Positions 60,200 to 64,000 of a stretch of 64,000 nucleotides of DNA are shown here, one piece after another. Under the pieces are notes generated by a model, which was not told where the DNA came from, did no database searches, and saw only the letters and a list, made by a program, of their open reading frames with translations. The position numbers and the translations under genes are program-made. How positions within the stretch are numbered: the first letter of the stretch is position 1; the number at the start of each line of letters is the position of its first letter. Source of the DNA: Bacillota bacterium (GTDB lineage: Bacteria; Bacillota; DTU025); NCBI GenBank assembly GCA_050951805.1, contig JBMNJT010000002.1, positions 512,001-576,000 on the forward strand. The letters run 5' to 3'.

Positions 60200-61843
60200 A
60201 TGGCTGATTTCGGCTATAATTCGATTTATCCGTCTCGGCGGAGCCCTGTAATGGGACGTCGCGGAGCGGTGGCCACGAGCCATCCATTGGCTGCTCAGGC
60301 AGGCATCGGAATGCTTGCCGCAGGGGGCAACGCTATGGATGCGGCTTTGGCGACGGCAGCGGCTTTGACAGTTCTTGAGCCTACATCGTGCGGACTGGGC
60401 GGGGATGCATTTGCTATAGTCTGGGATGAAGGGAAGATGTACGGGCTGAACGCGTCCGGCAAGGCCCCGATGTCTCTTTCAGCAGACCGGCTTCGAGCGG
60501 CTGGAATGAGAGAGGTGCCCAAGGAGGGTTGGGCATCTGTCACTACGCCTGGCGTGGTTTCAGCGTGGAGTGCGCTGTATGATCGCTTTGCTTCCATGCC
60601 ATTTTGCGAAATCATGGCGCCGGCCATTGAATACGCCGCTGAAGGCGCGCCTGTCCCACCTGTCGTGGCAGGTTACTGGGCAGATTCCGAAAAGCGATTT
60701 GGCGGGCGCAAAGGACTTTACGCCGAGTTCGAAAGAGTTTTTCTGCCGGGCGGGCGAGCGCCCCGTGCGGGGGAGATCTTCAGAAACCCCGATCTGGCAG
60801 AGACATTAAGATCGATTGCAGGTTCATACGGGCGATCCTTTTACAGGGGCAGCTTGGCGCGGGCGATTGCCGATTACTCGCAGGATACTGGAGGCTACAT
60901 ATCTGAAGAGGATTTGCGTGAACATGCTCCACAATGGGTTGATCCCGTGTCCGCAAACTACCGGGGATTCGATGTATGGGAGATTCCTCCCAATGGCCAA
61001 GGCATTGTGGCACTGATGGCTCTCAACATCATTGAAGGTTATGAATTGGAATCTATGGACCTGATGTCTCCTGAAGTGCTTCATGTTGTCATTGAAGCCC
61101 TGAAGCTGGCTTTTGCTGATGCCCATGGCTATATAGGTGATCCGCTTTGCGTGGATATTCCCACAGATGAACTGCTATCAAAAGGATATGCTGACCGCAG
61201 ACGGAGACTGATCCGTCATGATAGGGCGCTTGAATGTCCAGCCCCTGGCAATCCCGGAAGAGCTCATGGACGATGGGAGGGTTCAGATGGGGATACAGTC
61301 TATCTTTGCACAGCGGATTGTTACGGGATGATGGTCTCTTACATACAATCAAATTACATGGGGTTTGGCTCCGGCATTGTAATTCCGGGAACTGGAATCT
61401 CTATGCAGAATCGCGGAGCTGGTTTCTCATTGGAAGAAGGGCATTCCAATGAGCTTGCTCCTGGCAGGAGGCCATTTCACACCATAATCCCGTCCTTTAT
61501 AACTCGAGATGGTATTCCTATTGCTGCTTTTGGAGTGATGGGGGGAGACATGCAGCCTCAAGGACATGTCCAGCTAGTTTCTGCTATCATCGATGGCAAG
61601 CTTGACCCGCAGACGGCCATAGACCGCCCCCGCGTGCGCGTTCTGGGCAGTCAAGGTGTAGCCGCAGAGCCGAGCATCGGTGAGAATGTTGCGGATGCGT
61701 TACGTCGCTTGGGGCATGAGGTTAGGCTTGAGAGTGAGCCTGCTGGATTCGGCGGTGGCCAGATGATCTGGCGTGACCCCGAAACAGGGGTATTGATCGC
61801 AGGGAGCGAACCGCGAAAGGATGGATGCGCGATTGCGCTATGA
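60200..61843 (+). CDS. Gamma-glutamyltransferase family Ntn-hydrolase (YwrD-like)
   Basis: GGNA.DAA, EP...GLGGD.F, PPNGQG, DTVY nucleophile, QSNY.GFGS, RPFHTIIP, MGG.MQPQGH. Confidence 0.93.
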   Translation: MADFGYNSIYPSRRSPVMGRRGAVATSHPLAAQAGIGMLAAGGNAMDAALATAAALTVLEPTSCGLGGDAFAIVWDEGKMYGLNASGKAPMSLSADRLRAAGMREVPKEGWASVTTPGVVSAWSALYDRFASMPFCEIMAPAIEYAAEGAPVPPVVAGYWADSEKRFGGRKGLYAEFERVFLPGGRAPRAGEIFRNPDLAETLRSIAGSYGRSFYRGSLARAIADYSQDTGGYISEEDLREHAPQWVDPVSANYRGFDVWEIPPNGQGIVALMALNIIEGYELESMDLMSPEVLHVVIEALKLAFADAHGYIGDPLCVDIPTDELLSKGYADRRRRLIRHDRALECPAPGNPGRAHGRWEGSDGDTVYLCTADCYGMMVSYIQSNYMGFGSGIVIPGTGISMQNRGAGFSLEEGHSNELAPGRRPFHTIIPSFITRDGIPIAAFGVMGGDMQPQGHVQLVSAIIDGKLDPQTAIDRPRVRVLGSQGVAAEPSIGENVADALRRLGHEVRLESEPAGFGGGQMIWRDPETGVLIAGSEPRKDGCAIAL

Positions 61844-61864
61844 TCGGGAATGGGGGGGCGTGAA

Positions 61865-62872
61865 ATGAGAAGATCTGATTCATGGACGCTTATTCTCGGA
61901 GTCGTGCTCATGGTTATTGGATCTGTGCTCTTGCTCAATAACTTGGGCGTTACCAGTGTTGATCTTAGCTACATTATCAGCAATTTCTGGCCTTTGCTCA
62001 TTGTTGGCCTGGGACTATACTGGGTGTTGAAGCCTGATGGAAGCGAATCTGGCGAGGTTGGCGAGGCAGAGAGGCAGGCAACATCGGAGATGCCTACCTC
62101 GTCGGTAGAACCTGAGCCTGTGGACGGAGAGGGATGTGATGAATGCGTTGAAGATGCTGGCGAGGCTGATGCTGACTCCCCGCGCCTGACAGAGGTGCAT
62201 ACTGAGGAGAGTGGACTTCAAGAAGATGTGCAGAGCGAAGCTACGTATGACTGGGGCGCAGATACGGTCGACGTTGCTGATTGCCAGCGAGAAGGTGGGC
62301 CTGCAAATGGAGGCGAGGATGAGGCTGAGCTGATGAGGCGTCGTTCCGCCATGGGATGGATCATAGCCATACTCGGCTTGCTCATCTTAGGCAGCAAAAT
62401 GGGACGTTCTCCCTGGAGCACGGGGTATGCCGGCGGAGTGTTCTGGGCGATTGTTGCCATATTCATCGGCCTGGCAATGGTGAGATCATCGGGTGAACCT
62501 GCTCCTGAAGGCAAGACAAACTGGGCGGTGTTGAGCAGAATCGATCATGGGCAACCAGGTTTGGAGCTGCGGAGCAGTTCGTACATGGCGATCCTTGGCA
62601 GTGTTGTGCTGGATTTGTCGGCTTCACGGATTCCTGACGAAGAAACACGCCTCGACATCACAGCAGTTCTCGGCTGCGTACATGTGGTGCTCCCGCCTGA
62701 GCTGTCTGTCAAATGTGAAGGAACGGCTGTTTTGGGCAATGTGGAGGCATTTGGACATTCTGCCTGCGGTGGATTGGTCAACCGTGATTTCGTGCGCAGT
62801 GTTCCGGGCGGTTCGAGCAAATCGCTTCATATCAAGTGCCGTTCAATACTGGGTTCTATAGATATCCGATAA
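61865..62872 (+). CDS. LiaF/LiaI-like membrane protein with an acidic linker
   Basis: G.VLLLNNLG...FWPLLIV.LG TM unit; C-terminal LG.V.LDL...AVLG.V.V..P...G.A.LG.V beta domain. Confidence 0.75.
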   Translation: MRRSDSWTLILGVVLMVIGSVLLLNNLGVTSVDLSYIISNFWPLLIVGLGLYWVLKPDGSESGEVGEAERQATSEMPTSSVEPEPVDGEGCDECVEDAGEADADSPRLTEVHTEESGLQEDVQSEATYDWGADTVDVADCQREGGPANGGEDEAELMRRRSAMGWIIAILGLLILGSKMGRSPWSTGYAGGVFWAIVAIFIGLAMVRSSGEPAPEGKTNWAVLSRIDHGQPGLELRSSSYMAILGSVVLDLSASRIPDEETRLDITAVLGCVHVVLPPELSVKCEGTAVLGNVEAFGHSACGGLVNRDFVRSVPGGSSKSLHIKCRSILGSIDIR

Positions 62873-63147
62873 CGCCCTATTGTAGGGCTCTTGTGCTGAC
62901 AGCCGGAGAACGATGGGGGCCTGGAATTGTTGTGACGAGGTCCGGGGTTTGAGATATCGACGCCGCCGCTAAATTGCGATGGACTGTTGCATGTTTTCTC
63001 ATCCTCTCGGGAGGAGTCACGAGAGAATTAGCGAAATTGTTCGAGATGGGGTATATGCATGCGTAAAGACGCGGCGAACCCAATGATCCAGGCTTTGTCG
63101 ACCTGCGCGCATATGGCGCAAGCTAGCCAGTATAGGGGGGATTACAA

Positions 63148-63393
63148 TTGCGTTCTACAGGCATTGTAAGAAAGGTTGATGGGTTGGGGCGAATCGTGAT
63201 ACCTATGGAAGTCCGAAAGTCGCTGGAGATTCACGAAGATGACCCTGTGTCCATCAGTGTTGATGGGGAGACCATAGTGCTCAAGAGGTACAGGCCCTTC
63301 TGCACGTTCTGCGGCAATACTGAGGGAATAAGGACGTTCAAGGGGAAGCATGTGTGTGGCGATTGCCTATCATTGATAAGGAAGATAGGCTAG
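63148..63393 (+). CDS. abrB: AbrB/MazE/SpoVT family transition-state regulator
   Basis: MRSTGIVRKVD.LGRIVIP.E.R..L.I...D...I.VDG..IVL..Y.P.C.FCG...C..C. Confidence 0.9.
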   Translation: MRSTGIVRKVDGLGRIVIPMEVRKSLEIHEDDPVSISVDGETIVLKRYRPFCTFCGNTEGIRTFKGKHVCGDCLSLIRKIG

Positions 63394-63439
63394 CGGAGTT
63401 TAGCACATGGCGTAGCATGGTCATGAAGGGAGGATCTTT

Positions 63440-64000
63440 ATGCCAGATCGTGATCAGAGCGGATATCGAATTAATCCAGTCTGGTACGGCGCAGTTTTGC
63501 TCATTGCAATCATAATTACCTTAATTGCGCTGTCGGTGTTCGGACGTTCGGACATGCATCCGACGGATCACGATGAGACTGGCGTTTCTGAATCTGCGTT
63601 CTGTTGGCAAGCGGATCTTCCCGAAGGTTGGCGGATGGTCCCGAACGTGGATGGAGGAGTAAGGTTTGTAGCGGAAGGATTCACAGTGGGTGGAATAGAG
63701 AGGCTCCCAGAGCTGCCTCAGGGAGAACGGGACCTTACGAGCTTGCTCTCTGAAAACTGGGTGATACTCTCCTCCATGCAGGTGGCTGTTGCGGCCGGAT
63801 GGGGAGCTGTTTTCGATATATCAGTGCCGGTGCACTCAGATGAATCAGCTTCTGAGCGCGGCTTTGAAACTGGGGAATCTCAATCGTACATAGCCGCGCC
63901 TACCAGGCCTGAAACCCACTGCCTTGTTCCGCTCGATGGTGTAACGCTAGATGTATGGACCAGGGAGAACACCGGCTTTCCTCCTAAAGAGGCCAGAGAT
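63440..64000 (+). CDS. Hypothetical membrane-anchored protein, runs off the right end
   Basis: GGAGG RBS and ATG 63440; N-terminal TM (VWYGAVLLIAIIITLIALSVF); frame stays open to 64000. Absent from the ORF track because it has no stop. Confidence 0.7.
   Translation, partial: MPDRDQSGYRINPVWYGAVLLIAIIITLIALSVFGRSDMHPTDHDETGVSESAFCWQADLPEGWRMVPNVDGGVRFVAEGFTVGGIERLPELPQGERDLTSLLSENWVILSSMQVAVAAGWGAVFDISVPVHSDESASERGFETGESQSYIAAPTRPETHCLVPLDGVTLDVWTRENTGFPPKEARD

Overview
A 64-kb chromosomal window, probably from an anaerobic, possibly diderm Bacillota (Firmicutes). That placement is inferred from AbrB, SigH-like promoters, a GlpP-type leader, a LolA-like protein and a BMP binding protein without a lipobox. 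From left to right: an MMPL/LolA-like lipid-transport locus whose outer-membrane barrel gene is broken; an unexplained inverted pair of tandem 17-bp palindromes; TetR; and two divergent paralogous glycerol-type operons. The rightward operon is conventional (glpK, GlpA-like, NAD(P)/FAD oxidoreductase, DUF1667). The leftward one has a BON-GlpA-oxidoreductase fusion, DUF1667, a second FGGY kinase, an alkyl-DHAP-synthase-like flavoprotein and GntR. Next come an ArsR/cadA metal-efflux pair, a PRC-barrel/polysaccharide-deacetylase operon, a complete DDE insertion sequence with a 5-bp target duplication, tRNA-Leu(CAG), pruA/rocA behind a structured ldcC-like leader RNA, an ABC exporter and a decayed group II intron RT. 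The right end holds a radical SAM gene, mnmA, a TIGR00300 ornithine-cyclodeaminase-like gene, pncA, a transhydrogenase whose beta subunit has three tandem NADP(H)-binding domains, a GHL10 hydrolase, a nucleoside-type ABC importer with Fe-S hydro-lyase and GGT-family genes, and abrB. Best candidates for new biology: a possible O2-independent glycerol-ether (alkylglycerol) pathway, the triple-dIII PntB, the orphan leader RNA on pruA and the palindrome element at 3608-3883. All family calls come from motif recognition by eye; no searches were run.
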